Assembly: GCA_036490405.1 (NCBI GenBank)
Contig: DASXDY010000059.1
Location: forward strand, 10,941-74,940
Length of the DNA stretch: 64,000 nucleotides
Origin: Candidatus Sulfotelmatobacter sp.
GTDB lineage: Bacteria; Acidobacteriota; Terriglobia; Terriglobales; Acidobacteriaceae
Direction of reading: 5' to 3'
Position numbers and translations under genes: made by a program. Positions 43,609 to 51,372 of the stretch are shown in pieces (positions within the stretch are counted from its first letter, which is position 1; every line of letters begins with the position of its first letter). The notes under the pieces were generated by a model. That model was not told the DNA's origin. It ran no database searches and worked only from the letters and a program-made list of their open reading frames with translations.

Positions 43609-44718
43609 ATGAGTACCGCCGAACCCCCAGCAATCGAAATCCAGAAATCGAAAAGCATGCCGCCGCGCAACGGACGCTGGGCCGGCTACTCCCATCTTCT
43701 CGCCGCCCGCATGCTCGAACTCAAACGCGAGCCCGAGGTGGTCTTCTGGGTTTTCGTCTTTCCCATCCTGCTCGCTCTCGGTCTGGGCATCGCCTTCCGC
43801 AACAAGCCGGAAGAGACGATCTCGGTCGCGATTGTAGATAGCTCCGGCGCGCAGAATGCTCAATCGCTGCTCGCCCGATCCGCGCAACACAACGTCTTCA
43901 AGATTCAAACCTTGAATCAGGACGCCGCCCGCAACGGATTCCGTCTCGGCAAATTCGACGTGGTGATCGAACCCGACGGCCAGGGAAGCTTCGCCTACCG
44001 CTACGATCCCGCGCGCCCAGAAAGCGTCCTCGCAAAATCCGAAGTGAATGAGGCTCTGCAATCTGCCGCCGGAAGAAAAGACGCAGTAGCGACCACGACG
44101 ATCACTTCTTCCGAGCCGGGTTCGCGCTACATCGACTTCCTCATACCCGGCTTGCTGGGCATGAACCTGATGAACTCCGGCATGTGGGGCATCGGATTCG
44201 CGCTGGTCGACATGCGCCAGCGGAAACTGCTCAAGCGCTTCGTCGGCACGCCCATGCGCCGCAGCGACTTTCTGATGGCGCTCGCCTCCAGCCGCTTGAT
44301 CCTCATGATCATCGAAGTCGGGCTGCTGCTCGCCTTCGGGGCTTTTTTCTTTCACATGCGGGTTATGGGATCGATTGGCGCAATCGCGCTGATTGCCGCC
44401 ATCGGCTCGCTCACCTTCGGTGGAGTCGGCCTGCTCACCGCCAGCCGCGCCCAGAAAATCGAATCTGTCAGCGGCCTCATCAATCTGGTGATGATGCCGA
44501 TGTGGATTTTCTCCGGCGTCTTCTTTTCCTACGAACGCTTCCCGGCGATCATGCAGCCCGCCATCAAAGCCCTGCCGCTCACCGCCCTCAACGACGCTCT
44601 CCGCGCCAGCATTCTCGAAGGCACACCGCTCCTGCATCAATGGCCGCGGCTGCTGGTCATGATCCTGTGGGGAGGCATTTCCTTCGCGCTCGCCCTGAAG
44701 ATATTCCGCTGGACGTAG
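43609..44718 (+). CDS. ABC-2 type transporter permease
   Basis: 369 aa, 6 TM helices with a large first extracytoplasmic loop. ABC-2 membrane pattern (FLIPGLLGMNLM...). Confidence 0.85.
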   Translation: MSTAEPPAIEIQKSKSMPPRNGRWAGYSHLLAARMLELKREPEVVFWVFVFPILLALGLGIAFRNKPEETISVAIVDSSGAQNAQSLLARSAQHNVFKIQTLNQDAARNGFRLGKFDVVIEPDGQGSFAYRYDPARPESVLAKSEVNEALQSAAGRKDAVATTTITSSEPGSRYIDFLIPGLLGMNLMNSGMWGIGFALVDMRQRKLLKRFVGTPMRRSDFLMALASSRLILMIIEVGLLLAFGAFFFHMRVMGSIGAIALIAAIGSLTFGGVGLLTASRAQKIESVSGLINLVMMPMWIFSGVFFSYERFPAIMQPAIKALPLTALNDALRASILEGTPLLHQWPRLLVMILWGGISFALALKIFRWT

Positions 44719-44746
44719 AAATAGCTTGCGTTCGGAGTATTGGTAA

Positions 44747-46006
44747 CTAAGGTAAGCGCGATTCCTGGAAGAGTTGGTGAGGGTGCGCGACTTGGATCGC
44801 CATCTTCCGCATCTCGTTCAGATACCCGACATAGATCGGGATCGGAATGTCCGGCGAATCTCCGTCGTTGAGGAAGTGTTCCAGCCGGATTTCCATCGGG
44901 ATGGACGCGATAACTTCGCGGAAGCGCGGCATTTGAAGATATTTTACCCTCCAGATTTCCAGCATCAAAGAGCGAAAGTCTTCGCTGATGAATCCCATCT
45001 TTCGATCGCCAAGATAGATGCCATCGAAATGCCGTGCCGCCAGCTTTGGGCGGACGGGATCGTCGTCCAGCGAAAAGAAGTAAGCCAGATGAAATATGTC
45101 TGCCAGGTCGCCCCAGATGACTTTCTCTTCGAATGCGGTGAACCGGAAAGGCTCTGCCCGCCGCTGCTGGGCCTCGCGGGCAAGTTCAGCGGGCTTAAGA
45201 TCGTGCGTCGTGAGCTGCTCACGAAACCAGCGCAACCTCTCCGGCGCCAGGTTATGCCGCATGAATTCGACCGCATAAGCATTCTGTAGATAGATTTTCG
45301 GATCTTCATCCAGCCGTGCCAGCCATGGCTTCCAATCCCGCGCGGCCAGAACATCGATCAATTCCATTAACTGTCCAACCGTCACCTCCGGGTGATACTT
45401 CACTCCCTGCCAGAAATGTTCGGTCGTGTCATAAGTCGCGCCGTAAAGTTCAATTCCTTCCGAGATCGGATACCAGTTCGACAGCACTCTGCCCGCAATC
45501 GAAGGCGAAGCGCTCCAGCAGTTGATCGAATGCTTCCACTTCGCCTGCACGTGTAGAAATGCCTCGGCATAGCCCGCCGGCGTTGTTTCCTTCACGCGCG
45601 CCAAAGCCTGCCTGAGTTCGGCGGCGGTATGGGTCACCAGCAATTCCAGGGGCCGCTCGTCCGCCATGGAAATCACTCTGCTCTCGACTGCGCGCCGGAC
45701 GAGGTCGCGGCCAAGTGTCTGCCGCGATGCCAGATCGAAATCCGGATCGTCGCTCCAGCGCTGGGTCTGTGACTCGATGTAGGGAAACGCTTCGGCCAGC
45801 GATTTGAACTCGATAAACCCATGTACGGCAAACAACACGGGCTTGCCGTCTTTGATGACGACCGTAGACGGGGTCACAAGCGCCTGTAACGAAAGGTCCT
45901 GTGCCGCCGCAAGATTCAGAAGGGAAGTGAGGATAAAGGCGATCGCCAATCCCAAAGCGCGCTGCCGTTTGGAAGGCGACCGCAAACCGCGGGGTATGTT
46001 GTGCAT
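44747..46006 (-). CDS. exported protein with an expanded NADAR (YbiA/DUF1768)-like domain
   Basis: Signal/anchor LAIAFILTSLLNLAAAQD. LSNWYP...ATYDTTEHFWQGVKY, VIWGD and FRSLMLEIWR resemble the FSNF...TSEHYFQAxKF, WGD and LGxxLMxxR motifs. Confidence 0.55.
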   Translation of the reverse strand: MHNIPRGLRSPSKRQRALGLAIAFILTSLLNLAAAQDLSLQALVTPSTVVIKDGKPVLFAVHGFIEFKSLAEAFPYIESQTQRWSDDPDFDLASRQTLGRDLVRRAVESRVISMADERPLELLVTHTAAELRQALARVKETTPAGYAEAFLHVQAKWKHSINCWSASPSIAGRVLSNWYPISEGIELYGATYDTTEHFWQGVKYHPEVTVGQLMELIDVLAARDWKPWLARLDEDPKIYLQNAYAVEFMRHNLAPERLRWFREQLTTHDLKPAELAREAQQRRAEPFRFTAFEEKVIWGDLADIFHLAYFFSLDDDPVRPKLAARHFDGIYLGDRKMGFISEDFRSLMLEIWRVKYLQMPRFREVIASIPMEIRLEHFLNDGDSPDIPIPIYVGYLNEMRKMAIQVAHPHQLFQESRLP

Positions 46007-46121
46007 GGTTGGACTAGGTCTGGTAAATCTCAGCTGGGTAACTCCGCTTGGGCCTCGTCGCCCAAATCTTGGGAGAAGTTAGCGAACGAGGCCTTTTGCG
46101 GTGCTTGCGAAATAACAGCAG

Positions 46122-46349
46122 TTACGACTTGACTAGCTTGGCCTGTTTCCGCACTTTGGCCCAGCGTAGCCGTTGCGCCGCGGCAATACGCTCACGGGCA
46201 TCTTTGCTTAAGAACCGCTTGGATCTCTTAAGCTTGTTGCCGCCAGCGTGGCCGAGAGCGTTCAACGCCTTCCCCACCCTCTCCATCTCAGCTTCAAGAC
46301 GGGAGTACTCACTGCGTAGGGAAGAGACTACCTTGTTCAGGTCGGTCAT
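46122..46349 (-). CDS. small basic protein, paralog of 34398..34724 (single IAAAQRLRWAKVR motif)
   Basis: 75 aa. MTDLNKVVSSLRSEYSRLEAEMERVGKAL aligns with MANLNGVVEILKKEHARLTREMGAISAAL. GGAGGGGG SD upstream. Confidence 0.65.
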   Translation of the reverse strand: MTDLNKVVSSLRSEYSRLEAEMERVGKALNALGHAGGNKLKRSKRFLSKDARERIAAAQRLRWAKVRKQAKLVKS

Positions 46350-46457
46350 TGAATACCCCCTCCGTGACTAAAAAAATAACATGGCAGCGCGACTAATTTG
46401 GAAAAATTAGAACCTGGCGTGCCAAAAATCTTTACCGCTGGTGAATGGGGTCCCGAT

Positions 46458-47078
46458 TTAGTGCTCCACTCCCACAAATAACAGCCCTTCTATTTTGCCC
46501 ATCTCATCTTCTCCGCGGGTGAAGACAAGCTTGCGCCGCGCATCGGAATAGCGCGTGTCCCACAGTAACAACTTGTGGATGAGCGCATAGACGCCGCCCT
46601 GGCTGTCCGTCTGCCATATAAAGACCACGCCATAAACAACGTATAAATGTGAATTCCACATCATGAACGCAGCGTGCTGGTCGAGAATCTTGGTAAGCAG
46701 TCGGCCCGCGTAGATCTGGTCGGGAGTCAGATATTCGGCCTTGATCTGGATCGGCCGCCCATCTCCCAGAAGGTGCCTTCCATCGAGCTTTCCGGCAATA
46801 TCTTTCAGCGATTTCGGATCGGCGGCGGCAACGCTGTCTGTCAGCGCAGAATCTTTACCGCAGCACAGCTCCTTGTCGTGCATGATTGTGTCGGCCGAAG
46901 CCAGCAACACGTCGGAGGGATCGTGGGTCGTGGCAGTCAACGACGGCAGGTCATGGACCTGAACTTCCTGGTCCTGGTAAAGAATTTGCGCTTGCGCGAT
47001 GCAGGAGACCGCGAGGAATAGTGCTGCCACGGACCACTTGGCCGCAGGCCACACGAGGCGGCAAGAACCAGGGCGCAT
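46458..47078 (-). CDS. hypothetical exported protein (206 aa)
   Basis: ATG 47078 lies 7 nt after AAGGAG. Signal peptide WSVAALFLAVSCIAQAQ. No domain recognised. Confidence 0.6.
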   Translation of the reverse strand: MRPGSCRLVWPAAKWSVAALFLAVSCIAQAQILYQDQEVQVHDLPSLTATTHDPSDVLLASADTIMHDKELCCGKDSALTDSVAAADPKSLKDIAGKLDGRHLLGDGRPIQIKAEYLTPDQIYAGRLLTKILDQHAAFMMWNSHLYVVYGVVFIWQTDSQGGVYALIHKLLLWDTRYSDARRKLVFTRGEDEMGKIEGLLFVGVEH

Positions 47079-47182
47079 AAACAATCTCCTTCGCCCAACT
47101 GACCAAGGATTCTAACTCTCGCACGGCTGAGATTGATAGGTTGCGGAGCGGAACGTCTTTACGTTTTCTTACAAATCATTTC

Positions 47183-48829
47183 TTACAAACCACCGTTGCC
47201 AATGCTGGCAAGAAAGTTCGGTGTTCGACGCGCCTGAGTCGTCTGTTCGAACGAGTAGGCCAGCTTGATCAGGGTCGGCTCGCTCCACGCCCGGCCGAAG
47301 AAGGAAATCCCGACCGGCAAGCCGGCAATGGATCCCGCGGTCACATTGATATTGGGATAGCCCGCCACCGCCGCCGCATTCGAACTTCCTCCCGCCACGT
47401 GATCGCCGTTGATCAGGTCCGTCAGCCACGCCGGGCCGCCGGTCGGGGCGACGATCGCGTCGAGCTGATGTTTATCCATCAGCGCGTCAATGCCCTCGGT
47501 TCGCGCCAGTTGATGGTTCTTTGCCAGCGCATCGAGATATTCCTTCTCGGTAAGCGCTCCCTTGGCCTGCGACTTTATGAACAGGTCCTGCCCGAAGTAC
47601 GGCATCTCTTTCTGGCGATTGCGCTCGTTGAATTCGATGACCTCCTGCAAGGTGTGGACCGGAGAATTCGGCCGGAGCTGCGCGAGATACGCGTTCAAAT
47701 CCGCCTTCAGCTCGTACAGGAAGATCAACAATTCGCTGTTGTCGAATTTGCCCAGCGTCTCAATATCCGCCGGATCCACCAGGGTCGCGCCCTGCTTCTT
47801 CATGGCGTCGAGCGCCCGTTCCATCAGAACATCGACGGCGTCGCTGAATCCGAAATACTTTCTCGCCACGCCGATGCGCGCGCCCTTAAGCCCGTTCGGA
47901 TCGCAAAACTGCGAATAGTCCGTTCGCGAATTACCGGCGCTTGCCGCTGTCGCCGCGTCGGCGGGATCGACCCCGGTGAGCGCACTCAGCAGAATTGCCG
48001 CATCCCGCACCGTGCGGCACATCGGCCCCGCAGTATCCTGCGAATGCGAAATCGGAATAATCCCCGCGCGGCTCACCAGACCCACCGTCGGCTTGATGCC
48101 CGCCAGCCCATTCGAAGACGATGGGCACACAATCGAGCCGTCCGTTTCCGTTCCAATCCCGATCGCAGCCAGGTTCGCAGAAATTCCCGCGCCCGTGCCC
48201 GAACTCGATCCGCATGGGTTACGGTCAAGCGCGTAAGGATTTTTCGTCAGCCCGCCACGGCCGCTCCACCCGCTGGTGGAATGACTCGACCGGATGTTGG
48301 CCCACTCGCTCAAGTTCGTCTTGCCCAGAATCACCGCGCCCGCCGCCCGCAGCTTTTGCGCCACAAAAGAATCCTTCGGCGGCTTCGATCCCACCAGCGC
48401 CAGCGACCCAGCGGTCGTCTGCATGCGGTCGGCAGTCCCAATGTTGTCTTTGATCAGCACCGGTACCCCATGCAACGGCTCGCGTGGCCCTTTGCTTTTT
48501 CGCTCGTCATCGAGTGCATCGGCGATCGCAGGCGCGTCCGGATTCATCTCGATCACCGCATTCACGGTCTGCTTGTCGATCTCCGCAATGCGTGCCGAAT
48601 ATTTCTCCACCAGCGAGCGCGCCGTGAACTTGCCGGATTTCATTCCATCCTGCAACTCGGCGATGGTGATTTCATCCAGCTCAAACGGCTTAACGTCGGT
48701 AGCCGGGGGCGTGGAAGCAGTCACTGCGCGCCCCGCGCTCAATGCGGGAGCAAGCAGCGCGCCTGCGCCGGTGGACAAAGTCTGCCGCATGAAACCGCGG
48801 CGTGAGGAGCGGGATTCAGGTGACGGCAT
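47183..48829 (-). CDS. amidase-signature family amidase with a Tat-type signal
   Basis: SRRGFMRQTLSTGAGALL twin-arginine leader. GGSSSG-like CGSSSGTGAG and the KDNIGT Lys context. Confidence 0.85.
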   Translation of the reverse strand: MPSPESRSSRRGFMRQTLSTGAGALLAPALSAGRAVTASTPPATDVKPFELDEITIAELQDGMKSGKFTARSLVEKYSARIAEIDKQTVNAVIEMNPDAPAIADALDDERKSKGPREPLHGVPVLIKDNIGTADRMQTTAGSLALVGSKPPKDSFVAQKLRAAGAVILGKTNLSEWANIRSSHSTSGWSGRGGLTKNPYALDRNPCGSSSGTGAGISANLAAIGIGTETDGSIVCPSSSNGLAGIKPTVGLVSRAGIIPISHSQDTAGPMCRTVRDAAILLSALTGVDPADAATAASAGNSRTDYSQFCDPNGLKGARIGVARKYFGFSDAVDVLMERALDAMKKQGATLVDPADIETLGKFDNSELLIFLYELKADLNAYLAQLRPNSPVHTLQEVIEFNERNRQKEMPYFGQDLFIKSQAKGALTEKEYLDALAKNHQLARTEGIDALMDKHQLDAIVAPTGGPAWLTDLINGDHVAGGSSNAAAVAGYPNINVTAGSIAGLPVGISFFGRAWSEPTLIKLAYSFEQTTQARRTPNFLASIGNGGL

Positions 48830-49024
48830 AGTAAAGTTCGAAGGAACGAAGGTTTTCGCGGGCAGATCATTTAAGCATGAAACCCGCCCCAGCTTCACGA
48901 ATGCAGAGAACGGACGACCTGCATTTGCCGGTGGAAAGTTGGCGCTTCAACGCGCGCGTCGAGGCGCTCAACAAAACTGGGCTTCAGCACCCGCGTAGGT
49001 GATAATCTACTTCCGTTCCGCCGG

Positions 49025-49099
49025 GCGGGAGTAGTTCAGCGGTAGAACGCCAGCTTCCCAAGCTGGATGCCGTGGGTTCGATCCCCATCTCCCGCTCCA
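49025..49099 (+). tRNA. tRNA-Gly (anticodon CCC)
   Basis: 72-nt cloverleaf GCGGGAG...CTCCCGC-T, anticodon loop TTCCCAA, T-loop TTCGATC, encoded CCA (49097-49099). Confidence 0.9.
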
Positions 49100-49355
49100 C
49101 TTCTTTTTCGCTTCATCCCAACACCATACCGCGCTTGTTGTATGCAACATTCTTCAGCTTGACACTTCTAAGTCGTCTATCTAGAGTTCGATTAAGATGG
49201 TGTGGGCATCCGCTGCTGCGGTCCGTCCTTATCCTCCCTCCATCGAGACCCCAGGGACATCCGGTTCGAGAAACATTATTTCCTCCAGATCGGCATCTGT
49301 GCGTGCCGCGCGCGGGGAACCCAAGCGTAAGTCAGACGCTGGAGGGCGTCGCTCC

Positions 49356-50963
49356 ATGAGAAGCAATCGCATTGCAGGCTGGTCGATTTCTGTGCTGCTC
49401 CTGGCTGGCGTAACCGCCGCCTCCGCACAGGTCAACGTCACCACTTATCACAACGACAACGGCCGCACCGGGCAGAACCTGCAAGAGACGATTCTCACCA
49501 CTGCCAACGTCAACACCACCAGTTTCGGCAAACTTTTTTCCCAGACCATTGACGGCTACTCCTACTCTCAGCCGCTCTACATGTCGAATGTGGAGATTCC
49601 GAACAAGGGCTCGCACAATGTCGTGTTTGTCACCACCATGGCTGACAGTGTTTATGCCTTCGACGCCGACAACAAAACCGGCTCCAACGCGCAGCCGCTC
49701 TGGCACGTGAACTTCACCAACGCCTCCAAAGGAATCACCACCGTCCCCGAAAGCGACATCAACTGCCCCGATATAATCACCAATCAGATCGGCATCATGT
49801 CGACGCCGGTCATCGACTCCATCGGCGGCACGATCTACGTGCTCGCCCGCACCCTTGAATCGGGAAAATATTTTCACCGGCTGCACGCTCTCGACATCAC
49901 CACCGGCGCGGAAAAGTTTGGCGGTCCGATCGCCATTTCAGCCAGCGTTCCGGGAAAAGGCAGCGGCGCCAAAAATGGCATGATCAGCTTCAATCCGCAG
50001 CTCGAAAACCAGCGCTCGGCCCTGCTGTTGCAAGGTGACAACGTCTATATCTCCTGGTCTTCGCTCTGCGACTTCAGCAGTTATCACGGATGGGTCATGG
50101 CATACGATGACGAGACTCTCACCCAGACTGCCGTCTGGTTGACCACGCCCAACGGAAAGCAGGGCGGAATTTGGCAGAGCGGTGACGGCCCCGCCGCAGA
50201 CAGCGGAGGTTCGCTCTACATCACCACCGGCAACGGCACCTTCGACGCCAACGTCAACAGTGGCGTCGACTATGCCCAAAGCGTCGTAAAGACCGGGCAA
50301 CCCGCCGGCGACACTTTGCCGGTTCAGGACTATTTCACGCCTTTCAACGCCCTCACCTATAACACGACCGATCTCGACATTGGATCTACCGGGCTCGTGC
50401 TGTTGCCCGATCAGACCGGCCCGCACAAGCACCTGCTGGTTCAGAACGACAAGGCCGGCGACATGTTTCTTATCGACCGCGACAATATGGGCAAGTTCAA
50501 GGCCGGAAGCAACAGCCAGATCGTGCAATCCCTTTCGGCGGTGAATAAAGGCATGTGGAGTTCGCCTTCCTGGTGGAATAACTTCGTCTATCTCGGCGGC
50601 CAGGCGGGGCCCATTCAGGCTTTCACCTTCAATCCCACGACCGGACTTCTTTCCACCACTCCGACCTCTAAAACGGCGACCAACTTCGCCTATCCCGGGA
50701 CGACGGTTTCAATCTCGGCCAACCAGACCAGCAACGGAGTTCTCTGGGCCCTCAATAACTCGAGCTATAAGAACGCAAATGGCAACGCAACGCTCAGCGC
50801 CTACATGGCCAACAACCTGAGCAAACGGCTTTACATCAGCTCGACCAATGGCAGCCGCGATAATCCTGGCGCGGCGGTCAAATTCCAGGTGCCGACCATC
50901 GTGAACGGCAAGGTATACGTCGCCACGCAGAAGAGTCTGGCGGTTTACGGGCTACTGAACTAG
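49356..50963 (+). CDS. exported beta-propeller-like (PQQ-like repeat) protein
   Basis: GGAGGG SD, signal peptide, then VTTYHNDNGRTGQN...SQPLY...VFVTTMADSVYAFDA, typical of propeller blades. Function unknown. Confidence 0.65.
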   Translation: MRSNRIAGWSISVLLLAGVTAASAQVNVTTYHNDNGRTGQNLQETILTTANVNTTSFGKLFSQTIDGYSYSQPLYMSNVEIPNKGSHNVVFVTTMADSVYAFDADNKTGSNAQPLWHVNFTNASKGITTVPESDINCPDIITNQIGIMSTPVIDSIGGTIYVLARTLESGKYFHRLHALDITTGAEKFGGPIAISASVPGKGSGAKNGMISFNPQLENQRSALLLQGDNVYISWSSLCDFSSYHGWVMAYDDETLTQTAVWLTTPNGKQGGIWQSGDGPAADSGGSLYITTGNGTFDANVNSGVDYAQSVVKTGQPAGDTLPVQDYFTPFNALTYNTTDLDIGSTGLVLLPDQTGPHKHLLVQNDKAGDMFLIDRDNMGKFKAGSNSQIVQSLSAVNKGMWSSPSWWNNFVYLGGQAGPIQAFTFNPTTGLLSTTPTSKTATNFAYPGTTVSISANQTSNGVLWALNNSSYKNANGNATLSAYMANNLSKRLYISSTNGSRDNPGAAVKFQVPTIVNGKVYVATQKSLAVYGLLN

Positions 50964-51000
50964 AGCGCTGAAAAAGTAAGCGGCCTCAAAGGGCACGAAG

Positions 51001-51212
51001 TTCGGTGGTGGTTCAGTTTGAATTCGGAATCCTACAGGGGGTCATCCCGACGCGCCCGCGTTCTTACCAGCGGGCCGAGGGATCTCCCGTGGCACATAGC
51101 GTCGTAGCGGGAGATCCTTCGCTCCGTCTGAAGAACGGCTACGCTCAGGATGACCCCGCGAGGACGAGCAAATACTCATTTTGAAATTCAAACTGAGCCA
51201 CCACCCGAATTC
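51001..51212. repeat. MITE-like nested palindrome, about 200-bp class (copy A)
   Basis: Termini TTCGGTGGTGGTTCAGTTTGAATTC and GAAATTCAAACTGAGCCACCACCCGAA are inverted. Inner arms are GGGGTCATCC...GGATGACCCC and GGGATCTCCCG...CGGGAGATCC. Homologous to 63096..63296. Confidence 0.8.
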
Positions 51213-51233
51213 CACGAAGGGGAGCGCTAGAAG

Positions 51234-51268
51234 TTCCTCCGTGTAACCTTGTGCCCCTTTGCGGCTTC
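51234..51268 (+). repeat. repeat family 2 copy (diverged)
   Basis: TTCCTCCGTGTAACCTTGTGCCCCTTTGCGGCTTC. Confidence 0.45.
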
Positions 51269-51372
51269 ACATTCCTGATGTCAGCCCTTGCGCTTGCCGC
51301 CCGCTGTACCGCAAAATAACGCAGTCCTTCTATCATCCTGACATCTGCCGCTCGTGCGAAAGGATCATCCTA

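Noticed and set aside
50994-51219. A 7-bp direct repeat CACGAAG flanking MITE copy A, as a possible target-site duplication.
   Set aside because: The same CACGAAG/CCACGAAG string recurs next to other repeats (40333, 37183 region), and it partly extends the terminal inverted repeat. It is more likely part of a repeat than a TSD.
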